64,000 nt of DNA from Limnobacter sp. Lineage in GTDB: Bacteria; Pseudomonadota; Gammaproteobacteria; Burkholderiales; Burkholderiaceae_B. A model generated the notes under the pieces. The model saw only the letters and a program-made list of their open reading frames with translations. It ran no database searches and was not told where the DNA came from. This document shows positions 1 to 10,590 of the stretch, piece by piece (position 1 is the stretch's first letter; every line of letters starts with the position of its first letter). The position numbers were made by a program, and so were the translations under genes. Where the stretch lies: the NCBI RefSeq assembly GCF_964228395.1, contig NZ_CAXQZX010000129.1, positions 21,466 through 85,465 on the forward strand. Reading direction: 5' to 3'.

Positions 1-2621
1 GTGCGACGCACAAAGGCCTCGTTCACATACAAAATTCTCGGGCCTGGGTCATTCACTGGTTCGGCCTCGGTGATGATCACAATGTCGTTCAAGCGTTCTA
101 CACAGGTTTCGAGTAGTTTTAAGCGCTCGGCATTTTTATTGCGCTCGTCGGCGTGAATAATCCTGTCCAGGGTGAAAGACAAATTGTTGCTCACTGCTTT
201 CAGCAGTTGCGTGACTTCTGGGGTGAAAAAATGCACGCCAGAGCCAAACAGCACCAAACTGGCCCTTAGCAGCCCATCAGCGTGAATGGGCAAAATGGCA
301 AAAGACTCCAAGCCCTCTTGCAAGGCTTGGGCATGCCACATGGTGGCCTGGGGTTCATCGGCCACGTTTTGGCAAATATAGAGCGAACCGCTGCGAAGGC
401 GTTGTACCAACACATCGTCTTTGGGCAGGGTGGTCGACGCCATGATGCGGGGCACAAACTCTTGTTGTGCACCATCGGCTGCCAGCACGCGCAGGTCCCC
501 GACGGCTTTGTCGTACTCGCAAACCCAAGCCAGCGGCAGCCCGCCCTTGGCGCAAAAAATACTGCACACTTGTTGGTAGAGCGTCTTGGGTTGGGTAAAT
601 TTTCGGGCTGCATCGTGCAGCTTTTGTTGAGCCTCAAGCAGCCCATTCATGTATTTCAGGGTTAAGGCATTAACCTTCGACTCCGTGATGTCCTGGAAGG
701 CCCCCTGCACTCGCACAATCTCACCCTGCGTGTTGCGCACCGCCTCACCCACCACCCGGGCCCAAAATCGCCTGCCTGTGCTGCTCACCAACTCGGGCTC
801 CATTTCAAAGGGTGTACCTTCCCTGCTGCATTTCAACAGGGCCTGATGCACCAGGTCACGCCACTTCCCAATGTAGAACTTCATGCCTTCTTCGAAGCTG
901 GCTGGCAACTGGCCTTGCGGCAAGTCCAGCATGTCAAAGATCTCCTCCGACCAATACAATTTCAAAGGCTCGTCAAGGTCAATGGCCCAGCCGCCCAGCC
1001 TGGCCAGGCGACCACCAATGCGCTGCAACGCCTCTGTGCGGGCCAAATGGTCGGCGGCTTTACGTCGCTCTGTGATGTCCCTCTGTATGGAGGCAAAGTA
1101 GGGCACGCTGCCGTCGGCGGCCACCACCGGTACAATATCCATTTCAAGCCAGTGCGGCTTGCGGCTTTTTCCATAGTTCACCAGTTCGGTGTGCACCGAT
1201 TTGCCTTGCTCCAGGTCCGCCCGAATGCTCTTTAGCGTATCGGGGTCAGTCAATGGCCCTTGCAACATGCGCGGGCTTTTACCAATCACCTCTTCTCGAC
1301 GGTAGCCTGTGATGCGCTCAAAGGCCGAATTCACATAAACAATTCGAGGCCCTGGAGAGGTCAGCGGGCTGGCCTCGGTGATCATCACAATGTCATTTAA
1401 GCGCTCCACGCAGGCATCCAGCAATTCCATGCGCTTGGGGTGCCTGGCCAGGCCCACAATGCGAGGCGTGGTTTTAACGGGGGGGGTGGGCTGCGTTTTG
1501 TCCGCTTTGCGATGTCGCATGGGCAGGGTGAATGTAAAACTTGCGCCTTCGCCGGGCACCGAGTGCGCTTGTATGTACCCCCCATGACGTTCAATGATGC
1601 GCTTCACATTGGCCAGCCCCATGCCATGCCCTTGAAAATCATGGGCGTTGTGCAAGCGCTGAAACGGCTTGAACAGTCGGTCAATTTTGTCTGGGTCAAA
1701 ACCTGCGCCGTTGTCGCTGACGCAAATATCAACCATCTCGCCATCGACAGTGGCCTCCACCGTGATCTCGGGCACATCCCGAATCTGGCTAAATTTCACC
1801 GCATTTGAGAACAAATTGGTGAACACCTGCTCCAGCAAAGATTCATCACCCTCCAGCTCGGGCATCTGCCCAATGTGCCAAATGGTTTTTGTTTCCTGCT
1901 GACCCGCTTCCACTTGTGCCCGGGCTTTTTCAACCACCTCGCCCAAGGCCACCATTTGAACCTTTAAATCCCCAGTGCCCAGTCGTGCAAAAGCCAGCAG
2001 GTCAGACACCAGTTGCCCGCCTCGTTCACTCGTTTCACCAATTCGATTTAAATAACGAAGTTCCTGCTCATCCAGCTTGTTCGCTGCACGGCGCTGCAAA
2101 CTGCCTGCAAACCCCTGAATGATGTGGATCAGCGAATTCAGATCATGCGCCACCCGCCCGGCAAAAGTGTCCAGCTCCGCATTCAACTCTGTCAGGCGTT
2201 GGTTGCTGTCGGCCATGTACTCCAGCAGTGCCTTGTTTTCACGCCGCAAACGCCGCACCTCCAAGGCGCGGTGAATCACTGGCATGATGTCACTCACCTT
2301 GAAGGGTTTCAAAATGTAGTCAAGCACGCCCACCTTCATGGCGTCTACGGCGGTTTGTATGCTGCCATGGCCAGTCATCAGCACAGCACACAGGTCGGGG
2401 TCGATGGCCTTGGCTTGCTGAACCAGGTCCAGGCCGCTCATGCCGGGCAAGCGCAAATCAGTTAAAAGCAGATCAAAAGCCTCCACCCGCAGAGCCTCCA
2501 GTGCCTGCTCGGGGTCAGGGTAAGCCCTCACGCCAAAGCCTGCATCTTGCAATAGACTGCTCAAGGCCTCCAACTGGGGTCTTTCGTCATCCACCAGCAG
2601 CAGGCGGGTTTGGTCGAGCAT
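1..2621 (-). CDS. Multidomain sensor protein, N-terminal part only: REC - HisKA/HATPase - PAS - GAF-like - PAS. The C-terminus lies beyond the left edge.
   Basis: It is absent from the ORF track because it runs off position 1. Manual minus-strand translation from the ATG at 2621 reads MLDQTRLLLVDDERPQLEAL..FDLLLTDLRLPGMSGLDL (REC). This is followed by the H-box AHDLNSLIH and the HATPase boxes FSNAVKF, DNGAGFD and GHGMGLANV. Next comes a PAS domain (NDIVMITEA..PGPRIVYVNSAFERITGYRREEVIGKSPRMLQG), a GAF-like segment, and a second copy of the same PAS at the edge. There is no in-frame stop. Confidence 0.85.
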   Translation of the reverse strand, partial: MLDQTRLLLVDDERPQLEALSSLLQDAGFGVRAYPDPEQALEALRVEAFDLLLTDLRLPGMSGLDLVQQAKAIDPDLCAVLMTGHGSIQTAVDAMKVGVLDYILKPFKVSDIMPVIHRALEVRRLRRENKALLEYMADSNQRLTELNAELDTFAGRVAHDLNSLIHIIQGFAGSLQRRAANKLDEQELRYLNRIGETSERGGQLVSDLLAFARLGTGDLKVQMVALGEVVEKARAQVEAGQQETKTIWHIGQMPELEGDESLLEQVFTNLFSNAVKFSQIRDVPEITVEATVDGEMVDICVSDNGAGFDPDKIDRLFKPFQRLHNAHDFQGHGMGLANVKRIIERHGGYIQAHSVPGEGASFTFTLPMRHRKADKTQPTPPVKTTPRIVGLARHPKRMELLDACVERLNDIVMITEASPLTSPGPRIVYVNSAFERITGYRREEVIGKSPRMLQGPLTDPDTLKSIRADLEQGKSVHTELVNYGKSRKPHWLEMDIVPVVAADGSVPYFASIQRDITERRKAADHLARTEALQRIGGRLARLGGWAIDLDEPLKLYWSEEIFDMLDLPQGQLPASFEEGMKFYIGKWRDLVHQALLKCSREGTPFEMEPELVSSTGRRFWARVVGEAVRNTQGEIVRVQGAFQDITESKVNALTLKYMNGLLEAQQKLHDAARKFTQPKTLYQQVCSIFCAKGGLPLAWVCEYDKAVGDLRVLAADGAQQEFVPRIMASTTLPKDDVLVQRLRSGSLYICQNVADEPQATMWHAQALQEGLESFAILPIHADGLLRASLVLFGSGVHFFTPEVTQLLKAVSNNLSFTLDRIIHADERNKNAERLKLLETCVERLNDIVIITEAEPVNDPGPRILYVNEAFVRR

Positions 2622-2702
2622 GGTCACTCCGGGTTGGTCGACGATTTTTTGGTTTCACACACCCCAATATACTTGGCCTTAACAATTACTGGATTTCATG
2701 GC

Positions 2703-3629
2703 ATGAGGCAATCCCCACATTTGAGAAACACCGCATCGGCGCTGGTGTTTGTGCTCATTTGGACCAGCGCATTCCCGGCGGCCAAGTTTGGTCTGCAAGA
2801 CAGCCCACCCTTGCTGTTGTTGGCGGTACGTTTTCTGATTGCTGGGGCGCTGATATTGTTGTGGGTGCGTTCGAAGGGCAAACGTCTGGCCCTGAAGTGG
2901 CGCGACTTCGGTGTTCTAGCGGTTTTGGGCTTGCTCAACCATGCGCTTTACCTGGGTTTGAGCTGGACCGGCATGACTCAACTGTCTTCAGGTCTGTCGA
3001 CCATCATCATCAGCGCCAATCCGATTGTGGTTGCAGTGTTGTCGTCCATATTGCTGCGCGATGCCCTCACCTTGCGCAAGGTGTTGGGGTTGTTGCTGGG
3101 CTTTGCCGGGGTGGTCTACATTGCGCGCAACCGCTTGGGCTCCAGCCTGGACACCGACATGGGCCTGTTCTTGGTCGGTAGCGCGCTGATCACCCTGGCC
3201 TTTGGTACCGTGTTGTACAAGCGCTGGCCAGTGCAGCTTGATCTAAGCACGGCCACGGGTTACCAAATTGTGTTCAGTGGCTTGGCCCTTCTGCCTGTGG
3301 CCCTTTGGCTGGAGTCACCAGCCCAAGTGACGCTCTCTTGGACCTTGTTTGCTGCCCTGGCTTGGCTGGTGTTGGTGGTTTCTATTGCGGGTTATCAAAT
3401 CTGGTTCGGTATGCTTGAGCGAGGTACAGCCAGCGCCGCCAGTGTCTGGATGTTCCTGTGCCCTCCACTGGGCCTCGTGGCGGGGGCTTTGTTGCTGGGC
3501 GAGCCCTTAAATTTATTGGATTTTGGTGGCATTGTGCCTGTGGTGGCGGGCATCGCTTTGGTGACCTGGGCGCCGATAAAAAAAGGCGGGCTTGAACACC
3601 CGCCAAACAGCAAACCAAAGGTGGAGTGA
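2703..3629 (+). CDS. EamA/DMT-family transporter (10 TM)
   Basis: The ORF is 2610..3629. The sequence is hydrophobic throughout and shows the typical EamA duplicated 5-TM pattern (ALVFVLIWTSAFPAAKFGL.., ..IWFGMLERGTASAASVWMFLCPPLG). I prefer the ATG at 2703 because the 2610 start would overlap the divergent gene start at 2621. Confidence 0.85.
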   Translation: MRQSPHLRNTASALVFVLIWTSAFPAAKFGLQDSPPLLLLAVRFLIAGALILLWVRSKGKRLALKWRDFGVLAVLGLLNHALYLGLSWTGMTQLSSGLSTIIISANPIVVAVLSSILLRDALTLRKVLGLLLGFAGVVYIARNRLGSSLDTDMGLFLVGSALITLAFGTVLYKRWPVQLDLSTATGYQIVFSGLALLPVALWLESPAQVTLSWTLFAALAWLVLVVSIAGYQIWFGMLERGTASAASVWMFLCPPLGLVAGALLLGEPLNLLDFGGIVPVVAGIALVTWAPIKKGGLEHPPNSKPKVE

Positions 3630-3641
3630 GAACTTTTGCGT

Positions 3642-4211
3642 TTATGCGTTGCCTGGCAGCAGCACGCCATCAATCACGTGAATGACGCCGTTGGCCTGGT
3701 TAACGTCGGCAATCGTCACTGAGGACCGATTGCCTTTGCTGTCTTCCAGCACCACTTTGCCGCCTTCCATCAAGGCTTTCAGGCGTTCGCCGGCCACAGT
3801 TTCAATCTCGGTCATGCCGCCGGCTTGCACAATCTTCTGTGTCAAATCTGCAGCAGTCACCTTGCCGGGCACCACATGGTAGGTCAACACACCGCGCAAA
3901 TTGTCGCGATTGTCGGGTTGTAGCAGTTGTTCCACAGTGCCACCTGGCAGGGCTTCAAAAGCCGCGTTGGTGGGAGCAAATACGGTGAATGGGCCCTGGG
4001 CCTGAAGGGTTTCATCCAAACCAGCGGCTTGTACGGCTCTTACCAAGGTGGTGTGGTCTGAAGAATGAATGGCGTTTTCTACAATGGTGCGCTGTGGCAG
4101 CATTTCAGCGCCGCCCACCACCGTGGCCGCATGCAGTGGTGCCGTAAACACAGCAGCGCTTAATGCCAGGCTTGCACCCAAAACAGTTTTAGACAGTGTG
4201 GTTTTCATCAT
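3642..4211 (-). CDS. Secreted fasciclin (FAS1) domain protein
   Basis: It has a signal peptide (MMKTTLSKTVLGASLALSAAVFTAPLHA). FAS1 motifs are present: TLVRAVQAAGL, GPFTVFAPTNAAFEALP, LTYHVVPGK and NGVIHVIDGVLLP. Confidence 0.9.
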   Translation of the reverse strand: MMKTTLSKTVLGASLALSAAVFTAPLHAATVVGGAEMLPQRTIVENAIHSSDHTTLVRAVQAAGLDETLQAQGPFTVFAPTNAAFEALPGGTVEQLLQPDNRDNLRGVLTYHVVPGKVTAADLTQKIVQAGGMTEIETVAGERLKALMEGGKVVLEDSKGNRSSVTIADVNQANGVIHVIDGVLLPGNA

Positions 4212-4369
4212 TTGGAAACCTCCATCAAATGGATCATCTCATCCATGTGAACAACAGGTCGGCACTCAACCGACCACCTGCAAAATTGGAGGGTAATCCC
4301 GGGCAGGGAGTTCCGGCCCTTCGGGTTAAGTTGTGTTAAGAAGCGTTGGCCAAATTCAGCCAACTTCAA

Positions 4370-4942
4370 TTAGGGTTGTGGCTTGATGCGGCCCAGCACC
4401 TCAAGACCGGCGTCAGGTCGTATTTTGAATAGAATCACCTCACCCGGTGCGGGAAAAATCCCGGTTAGCGCCGTGATATTCACCTGGTGAGTCACCAGCA
4501 ACACCTTGTCTGTGGCTTTAAGACCATTCAAAAAGGCAAGGGCGGCTCTGGTGTGGGTGTTTTCATTGGCCCGGTTCTCAAAAAACGAGTTCAAAGCCGG
4601 CAATTCGCGCACCTCACCCACATCCATACTGCGGGCCGTGTGCAGGCAGCGGCACCACTGACTAGAATACACGCCGGTGAATCGAATGTTGTGCTGCTTG
4701 AAGGTGTTGCCCCATTGCTGGGCCTCCATGAGCCCAGCCTCGCTCAAATTGCGCTGAGTGCTGCAGTCGCCAAGCTTAAAACCATCAGGATCGCCAAACC
4801 CGGGTGCGGTGGCGTGTCGCATCATGGCGTGTACGCCCTCCTGTTCAAGCAGGGCCAGCGGGTTGGCCCACGTGGCTGGATGGGCCAGCATCAACACACT
4901 CACACAACAGGCACCGAGCCATCTTGTAAACCATTTTTTCAT
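4370..4942 (-). CDS. Histidine phosphatase superfamily protein (SixA/PGAM-like), exported
   Basis: It has a signal peptide followed by an RHA-type catalytic motif (MMRHATAPG). A conserved LLVTHQVNI segment lies near the C-terminus. Confidence 0.75.
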   Translation of the reverse strand: MKKWFTRWLGACCVSVLMLAHPATWANPLALLEQEGVHAMMRHATAPGFGDPDGFKLGDCSTQRNLSEAGLMEAQQWGNTFKQHNIRFTGVYSSQWCRCLHTARSMDVGEVRELPALNSFFENRANENTHTRAALAFLNGLKATDKVLLVTHQVNITALTGIFPAPGEVILFKIRPDAGLEVLGRIKPQP

Positions 4943-4974
4943 ACTGCCACCTACCCACTACCACGTACCACTAC

Positions 4975-7900
4975 TTAAGCCACCTGCCGACTGTGCAAAG
5001 CCAATTGATTAAGCAGCAGTTCAAATTCAATCGGCTTTGCAAAATGGTAATCCATGCCGGCCTCCATGGAGGCTTTCACATCCTCTTCAAAGGCATAGCC
5101 CGTCAAGGCGGCCATTTTTGTGTGGCGATTGGGGCCGTCGCCCTGGCGGACACGCTTTGCCACTTCCAGACCCGACAGCTTGGGCATGTCGATGTCCATC
5201 AAAATAAAATCGTACGGGTGTTGTTCGGCCATCTGCAAAGCGCTCAAACCATCTTCGGCCACAGTCACCCGGTGTCCATCACGCTCCAAAAAAGTACGCA
5301 GTAACTTCACATTCAAAGGGGTGTCATCGGCCACCAGCACATGCAACGCTCGCACTGGCTCAACCCGGTTGCTGGCCTCTTGTTCGGTCAAGGAGGCGCG
5401 TTTCAAAGGCACCGAGAAGGAAATGGTGGTCCCCACTCCGGGTTCAGATTCCAGATGAATTTCACCCCGCATGGCCTCAATCAGGGTCTTAACAATTGAC
5501 AAACCCAAGCCCGTGCCACCGAAGCGGTTGTCATGGTCGGTGTGCACCTGCACGAAGGGTTGGAACAAACTGGCCTGTTTCTCTTTGGGAATGCCCAGGC
5601 CCGTGTCCTGAACCGCCACGTGAAGCAGATCCGTGTCGCCGCTGATCGAAATGCTGTTCACCTGCAGCCGAACTTTGCCTTGAGAGGTGAACTTGATGGC
5701 GTTTGAAAGCAGGTTTTGTATCACTTGCCGCAGGCGACCCATGTCGCCAAGGTAAACCGTATTTTCAGGCACTTGTTTGTCAAGTTCAAAAGCCACGTCC
5801 TTGCTTTGGCAATTCATTCTGGGCAATTCAGTGCTGCTGCCAAGCAGCGTGTTCAACAGGAAAGGCGCCTGGTTCAAGGTCACCATGCCGCTTTCCATTT
5901 TTGAAAAATCCAAAATATCGTTCAGCAAACTGGCCAAAGTGTCTGCTGTTTGCACCAAATGCCCGGCTTGCTCTTTGTGTTCCCCCGGGGGTAGATCCAT
6001 GTGCAGCAGCTTGGCAAACCCAATCACACCGTTCAACGGGGTTCTTAATTCGTGGCTGAATGTGGCCAAAAACCGGCTTTTCTCGGCGTTGGACTCCCGT
6101 TCTGCCATGGCTGCAATCGACGCCTCGCGCAAACGCTCTTCAAGCTCAAGCTGGCGGGTTTTGTCCAGATGGGTGCCCACCACCCGCACGGCCTTGCCTT
6201 CAGAGTCGCGCACAATCATCGCGGTTGAAAGAATGTGCACCCAATGCCCATCCCGGTGAGCCATCCTGAACTCGGCTTCAAAATGCCGGCATTCCGGGTC
6301 CTCCAGGCATTTGGCCAGGTGGGCCTTGGCGAGCTCCAGATCCATGGGGGCGGTCAAACGTTCCCAGGTCGAAAAATGGTTGGCCAATTCATGGTCTTCA
6401 TAGCCCAGCAAGCGCTTCCAGCTCGGGGAAAAATACACTGTGTTTTGGTCCAAGCGGAGGTCCCACAAGCCATCGCGCGACCCTTCCATGGCCAATTTGA
6501 AACGTTCTTCGCTTTCGGCCAAGCTGTCTCGCATCTCGTGCTCGCGGCTCACGTCTTTGCACATGATGATGATGCCACCCCGCGTTCCATCCGGCTTTTG
6601 CCAAGGCTCAATGGCCCAGTCCAGCCAGATGGTCTCCCCGTTGGGAGCAATCCACGGGTCGCTGGTGGCAGACAGGCTTTGCCCCTCCAGCCCCGCTCTG
6701 TGCGCCTGGCGCCAGCGTTCATGCAAATTGGGCACCACCTCGTAGTGGTTTTTGCCCACCAGGCTGCCCTTTGACTGGGTGAAAGTGCTCACCCAGCGAG
6801 ACGACGCAGCCACGTAGTTCATTTGGGTGTCGAGCATGGCCAATGGCACCGGGGCCTGCACAATCAGCGCCTCTACAACCCAGTAGCTTTCCTTGGCGGC
6901 GGCCAAGGCCACCTCCAGCTTCTCGCTCTTGGCTTTCAGGCTTTCATTGATGTCCAAGATTTGCCTGGAAATGCCCTGCAACTCCAGCGGCATTTCAGTC
7001 AAACCCGACCGCAGCGCCTCGCCCGAGGCGCCACTTCGAAGTTTGGCAAGGTAGGCTTGTGCTGCGCGGCTCAGGCCCCGCCCCAAGGCCAGCACCATCA
7101 GCAGGGTTACGGCGGTTCCCAACACCAGGGCGCCCACGGCATACATCAAAGCCATGGACACGGGGGAGTTAATTTCATTCAAGGGGGTGAGGGTCACAGA
7201 AATCCACCCCAGACCTGAAACCTGCTCCGAGCCATTGATCGGCGAAAAAGCCACCAGGTAGTCTTGTCCATCTGGGAGGGTTTCAATGGACCAGCTGCTT
7301 TGACCGTTCAGCGCTTTGCTAAAGCCAGGCATGGCCTCCCAGCGTGCATCTTCCTGCATGTCCGATAGTTCCACTCGGTTGCCCAGGCGCAAACTGCCAT
7401 CGCTGGCCAAAATCAGTGTGGGCGTGTTTTCGCTCAAGCGGCCAAACACATCGGTTTGAATCTCCAAGATAAAATCTTTCCAGTCCAGGTGAATGCCATA
7501 CACCGCAATCACATTGCCTTGGGGGTCACGCAGGGGGGCCGTAAAATCAATGAACTGGTACTTCTCGTCTTTTCTGGAAGGCAATAGCGCAGCCAACAGC
7601 GAGGCTTCATGCACATCCATCACGGCAGGTTCTTCCAAGCCCCTTTTAAACCAAGGGCGTTTGCCCACATTTTTGCCCACCAGCAAATCGTCGTTGGCGG
7701 CCAGCACGGTGCCATCGGGGGCGGCCACGCCGATCCACAAATAGCCTGGCCTGGCTGATTGCATCAGCTCGATGACTCGGGTTTGCTGGGCAGGCGAGTG
7801 GTCGCCATGCAACTCCTCCAGCTTCATGGTGAACACCAAATTGTTCAAATGGCTCAGCAAATTTCGGTTTACAGCTTGCGCGATGTGCTCAGCTTGCAGC

Positions 7901-8049
7901 TGGGCTGCACCGCCGGCTTTTTGGGTGGTTTGGTCTTTGAGCAGCGAATAACCCGAGAATGCCAGTGGAATGGATAGCAGCAACAACACCAGCAGGCTGC
8001 CCAAAACCAGACGGATGGAGAAACTGGCGCGTATGCGGGGGACAAACAT
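4975..8049 (-). CDS. Hybrid sensor histidine kinase/response regulator (periplasmic Cache-like domain, HAMP, PAS, HisKA, HATPase, REC)
   Basis: The 1024 aa ORF starts with a TM, a roughly 270 aa periplasmic domain and a second TM. PAS segments follow. The H-box is [19 protein letters not shown] and the G-boxes are QDTGLGI and GGTGLGLSIV. The C-terminal REC reads VLVADDTPLNVKLL..ILMDIDMPKLSGLE. Confidence 0.9.
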   Translation of the reverse strand: MFVPRIRASFSIRLVLGSLLVLLLLSIPLAFSGYSLLKDQTTQKAGGAAQLQAEHIAQAVNRNLLSHLNNLVFTMKLEELHGDHSPAQQTRVIELMQSARPGYLWIGVAAPDGTVLAANDDLLVGKNVGKRPWFKRGLEEPAVMDVHEASLLAALLPSRKDEKYQFIDFTAPLRDPQGNVIAVYGIHLDWKDFILEIQTDVFGRLSENTPTLILASDGSLRLGNRVELSDMQEDARWEAMPGFSKALNGQSSWSIETLPDGQDYLVAFSPINGSEQVSGLGWISVTLTPLNEINSPVSMALMYAVGALVLGTAVTLLMVLALGRGLSRAAQAYLAKLRSGASGEALRSGLTEMPLELQGISRQILDINESLKAKSEKLEVALAAAKESYWVVEALIVQAPVPLAMLDTQMNYVAASSRWVSTFTQSKGSLVGKNHYEVVPNLHERWRQAHRAGLEGQSLSATSDPWIAPNGETIWLDWAIEPWQKPDGTRGGIIIMCKDVSREHEMRDSLAESEERFKLAMEGSRDGLWDLRLDQNTVYFSPSWKRLLGYEDHELANHFSTWERLTAPMDLELAKAHLAKCLEDPECRHFEAEFRMAHRDGHWVHILSTAMIVRDSEGKAVRVVGTHLDKTRQLELEERLREASIAAMAERESNAEKSRFLATFSHELRTPLNGVIGFAKLLHMDLPPGEHKEQAGHLVQTADTLASLLNDILDFSKMESGMVTLNQAPFLLNTLLGSSTELPRMNCQSKDVAFELDKQVPENTVYLGDMGRLRQVIQNLLSNAIKFTSQGKVRLQVNSISISGDTDLLHVAVQDTGLGIPKEKQASLFQPFVQVHTDHDNRFGGTGLGLSIVKTLIEAMRGEIHLESEPGVGTTISFSVPLKRASLTEQEASNRVEPVRALHVLVADDTPLNVKLLRTFLERDGHRVTVAEDGLSALQMAEQHPYDFILMDIDMPKLSGLEVAKRVRQGDGPNRHTKMAALTGYAFEEDVKASMEAGMDYHFAKPIEFELLLNQLALHSRQVA

Positions 8050-8244
8050 AGTAGATTGTTTAAAAGCGTGAAATCACACTGTAGCGCAAGCCCAAGGCAG
8101 CCTCAATTCAAATAGAGGCCACAAAAGTGTTTAATTTCAGTGCGGTGAATCAAATGTCTGAAGGGCACCACAGCCATTGTTTTGCCACAATGGTGGCGTA
8201 GTATCTTTGGCTTACCCTGCCCCAGCGTATTGCTCGAACCCGCC

Positions 8245-8775
8245 ATGAATGAATTAACCCTCAGCCAGGAACTGGCCATTCGCCTCGCGGGCGTTCTGGG
8301 TTTTGCGCTGAATATGCTGGGCTTTGTCCTTATTCAGCCCAAGCTCACCAAGCTCACGGTGGCTGGTGGGTCTTTTGCGTGGGGTGTTCAATACGCCTTG
8401 CTCCAAGCCCACACGGGCATGTGGATCTTGCTGTTGGCCGGTTTGCGCCAAACCTTAAGTGCATTCACCGATGGTTTACCGCACCGGCAACGGCTGTTTC
8501 TGGCCTTGCTGTTTGGCGCCATCGCGATTGGTTTTGCTGCGTTCTCTTGGTCGGGGTGGTTGCTAAGCGCCGTGCCCGTGGTGGCCACCTTGATCGGCAC
8601 TTGGGCCTTTTTCATGCTCAGCAACACTGCCCTACGCCAGACCACCTTGGCCAGCAATGCGCTCTGGGCGGCCTATGGGTATGCCACGGGCTCGTACGAA
8701 TTACTGCTTACCATGCTGGTGCTGAGCCTGGCCACCCTCACCGGTTTGTATCGCCTGCGTTTGGCTCGCCTCTAA
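8245..8775 (+). CDS. Small polytopic inner-membrane protein, YgjV-like
   Basis: The ORF is 8182..8775. It has about 5 TM helices and resembles the YgjV family in size and pattern. I prefer the ATG at 8245 (MNELTLSQELAIRLAGVLGF). Confidence 0.6.
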   Translation: MNELTLSQELAIRLAGVLGFALNMLGFVLIQPKLTKLTVAGGSFAWGVQYALLQAHTGMWILLLAGLRQTLSAFTDGLPHRQRLFLALLFGAIAIGFAAFSWSGWLLSAVPVVATLIGTWAFFMLSNTALRQTTLASNALWAAYGYATGSYELLLTMLVLSLATLTGLYRLRLARL

Positions 8776-10590
8776 CAAATTGCGCCTGGCCACAATCGCA
8801 GGTGCAATATTTTGCAAAGCGGCCCGCAGGGCTTCAGGGTCCAGGGGTTTGAAAAGCACCCCATCCATGCCACTGGCCATGGCATCTTTCACCTCATTTT
8901 CCATGGCTGCGCCCGTTAGCCCTATGATGGGCAGCCCACCTTGGGCACCCAATGCGCGTATTGCACGGGTTGCTTCCAGCCCGGTCATATTGGGCATGTG
9001 CACGTCCATCAACACAAAATCCAGGGTGTGCCCGCGCTCTTTAACCTCGTGCAGGCCCGATGCGCCGTCGCTGGCCAGCACGCATTGCACGCCAAGCTGC
9101 TTTAGCTGCATGGCCGCCACCTTGCGGTTAATCGATGCATCATCAACCACCAAAGCAGTCAGTTTTGGTGGCAAAGGGCGATGGGTTTGGTCATTGCCTT
9201 CAGCGCGCAGGGCCTCCACATCAGCCGCGGTGGGCAAGGTGGCTGGCGCTGGCAGGTCGATCCAAAAGCGACTGCCCCGGCCGGGCTCGCTGTCAAAATC
9301 AATTTGACCCCCCATGCGTTCGGCCAGTTCACGGCAAAGGGCCAAGCCCAAGCCTGTGCCACCATAGCGCACAAACGTGTCGTCTTCTGCTTGCGAGTAG
9401 GGTTTGAATAACTTCTGCCTGGCGCTGCGATCAATCCCGATGCCAGTGTCTTGTACCAAAAAACGCAGGGCTGCTTCACCTGGCGCAGGTTCAACCTGCA
9501 TGGCGGTCAGCGACACCGAGCCCTGCTTGGTGAATTTCACCGCATTGTTCATCAAATTCACCAGGCTTTGCACCAATCGACGCGGGTCGGCCACCCAAAA
9601 CGGTGGGCAGCCGGGGGCCAACTCGCAATTAAATTGCAATCCTTTGGCTTGAGCGGCGGGTTTGATCATGGCGCTCACATTGTCCATCACCGCCTTGACA
9701 GAAATGGGTTGAAGGGCAATCGCCAACTGGTTGGCCTCCAGGCGTGCAAAATCCAGCACATCGCTCACCAGGCTGTTCAAATGTTGGCTAGACACTTCCA
9801 AATCAGCCACCAGTGTGGCCTGGCGTTCAGTCAGGCTGGTTTGCCGCAAGCCGTACACCATGCCTTGAATACCGTTCAAGGGCGTGCGCAACTCGTGGCT
9901 TACCGCGCTTAAAAACCTGGATTTTGCATCCGTGGCCTGCTTCAAGGCCACCCGGTTTTGCAACAGGTCAAACACCAGTTTCAGGCAAAAAGTCATGGTC
10001 AAATGCACAGCCAACAGCACAATCAGCTGCCCCATGATCAAACGTTGCATCACCGCGCCATCGGCCACATGGCCGCTCAAGGCAAAAGCCATCCAGCCGC
10101 CTGTAATCAAGCCAGCCGAAATCACCAAAGCCCCTCGGGGGTAAATCACGCAGTAAATCAATGCGATCACCGGCGCAATCAGTAAGGTGGGGATAAAACC
10201 GCGCCCCACCACGGCACCCACCAGCATGAAGCAACACAGCACCATGAAGTAATTGAGCTCCGGCATGCGCTTAAAAGCCGCAAAATAAAGCATGTAGGCG
10301 AAGGCCAAACCAACCGCCAACACATTGGCTGGGAACGACAAAGTAAAGTCTTGGCGCACCACATCGCCCAGCAGGTTAGAGCCGGCCAGCACCGCCACCA
10401 GCACCACCACACCAAGCTTGACCCGCGCGCGCAGGCCCAGCAGGCGCTGGCCAAATTCATCATTGGCCATCACATCGGTGATCTGCTTGGCATTGGGCCA
10501 AAGCCAGTTCCATTGGTCGGCAGTCATCTGGGCGTAAACGGCGGAGGTTCTAAGACATTCTTTATTGAACCACAATACGGGGTAGTTCAC
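8701..10590 (-). CDS. Hybrid sensor histidine kinase/response regulator with a multi-TM N-terminal sensor
   Basis: The 629 aa ORF has about 6 N-terminal TM helices. The H-box is [18 protein letters not shown] and the HATPase boxes are NNAVKFT, DTGIGI and [10 protein letters not shown]. The C-terminal REC reads [27 protein letters not shown]. Its 3' end overlaps the convergent gene by 75 nt. Confidence 0.9.
   Translation of the reverse strand: MNYPVLWFNKECLRTSAVYAQMTADQWNWLWPNAKQITDVMANDEFGQRLLGLRARVKLGVVVLVAVLAGSNLLGDVVRQDFTLSFPANVLAVGLAFAYMLYFAAFKRMPELNYFMVLCCFMLVGAVVGRGFIPTLLIAPVIALIYCVIYPRGALVISAGLITGGWMAFALSGHVADGAVMQRLIMGQLIVLLAVHLTMTFCLKLVFDLLQNRVALKQATDAKSRFLSAVSHELRTPLNGIQGMVYGLRQTSLTERQATLVADLEVSSQHLNSLVSDVLDFARLEANQLAIALQPISVKAVMDNVSAMIKPAAQAKGLQFNCELAPGCPPFWVADPRRLVQSLVNLMNNAVKFTKQGSVSLTAMQVEPAPGEAALRFLVQDTGIGIDRSARQKLFKPYSQAEDDTFVRYGGTGLGLALCRELAERMGGQIDFDSEPGRGSRFWIDLPAPATLPTAADVEALRAEGNDQTHRPLPPKLTALVVDDASINRKVAAMQLKQLGVQCVLASDGASGLHEVKERGHTLDFVLMDVHMPNMTGLEATRAIRALGAQGGLPIIGLTGAAMENEVKDAMASGMDGVLFKPLDPEALRAALQNIAPAIVARRNLLEASQTQAIQTGEGGQAQHQHGKQ

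Noticed and set aside
1290-1470. I considered whether the PAS domains of the edge sensor are LOV photosensors.
   Set aside because: The motif reads GKSPRMLQG instead of GxNCRFLQG. The flavin-adduct Cys is replaced, so this is a generic PAS domain rather than a photoactive LOV domain.
2610-2702. Several track ORFs carry N-terminal extensions. The extended starts are 2610, 8182, 10604, 34823, 35586, 36328, 37704, 39300, 48994, 51772, 54887, 58335, 58386 and 59779.
   Set aside because: In each case an internal ATG, or in one case a TTG, has a Shine-Dalgarno-like sequence, a signal peptide or family-typical N-terminus, or removes a long overlap with the neighbouring gene. I used the shorter models and noted the alternatives.
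4212-4369. I noted a possible ECF-type promoter (GGAACT-N19-TCCAAT on the minus strand) and small hairpins upstream of the fasciclin gene.
   Set aside because: The spacing and -10 element do not fit the hrp box or any ECF consensus I can state precisely. The stems are only 3-6 bp, which is not supportable by eye.
8701-8775. A 75-nt convergent overlap exists between the YgjV-like gene and the hybrid kinase.
   Set aside because: Both frames are simply open to those stops. The overlap involves low-conservation C-terminal tails, and there is no evidence of frameshift or regulatory function. I consider it unremarkable.
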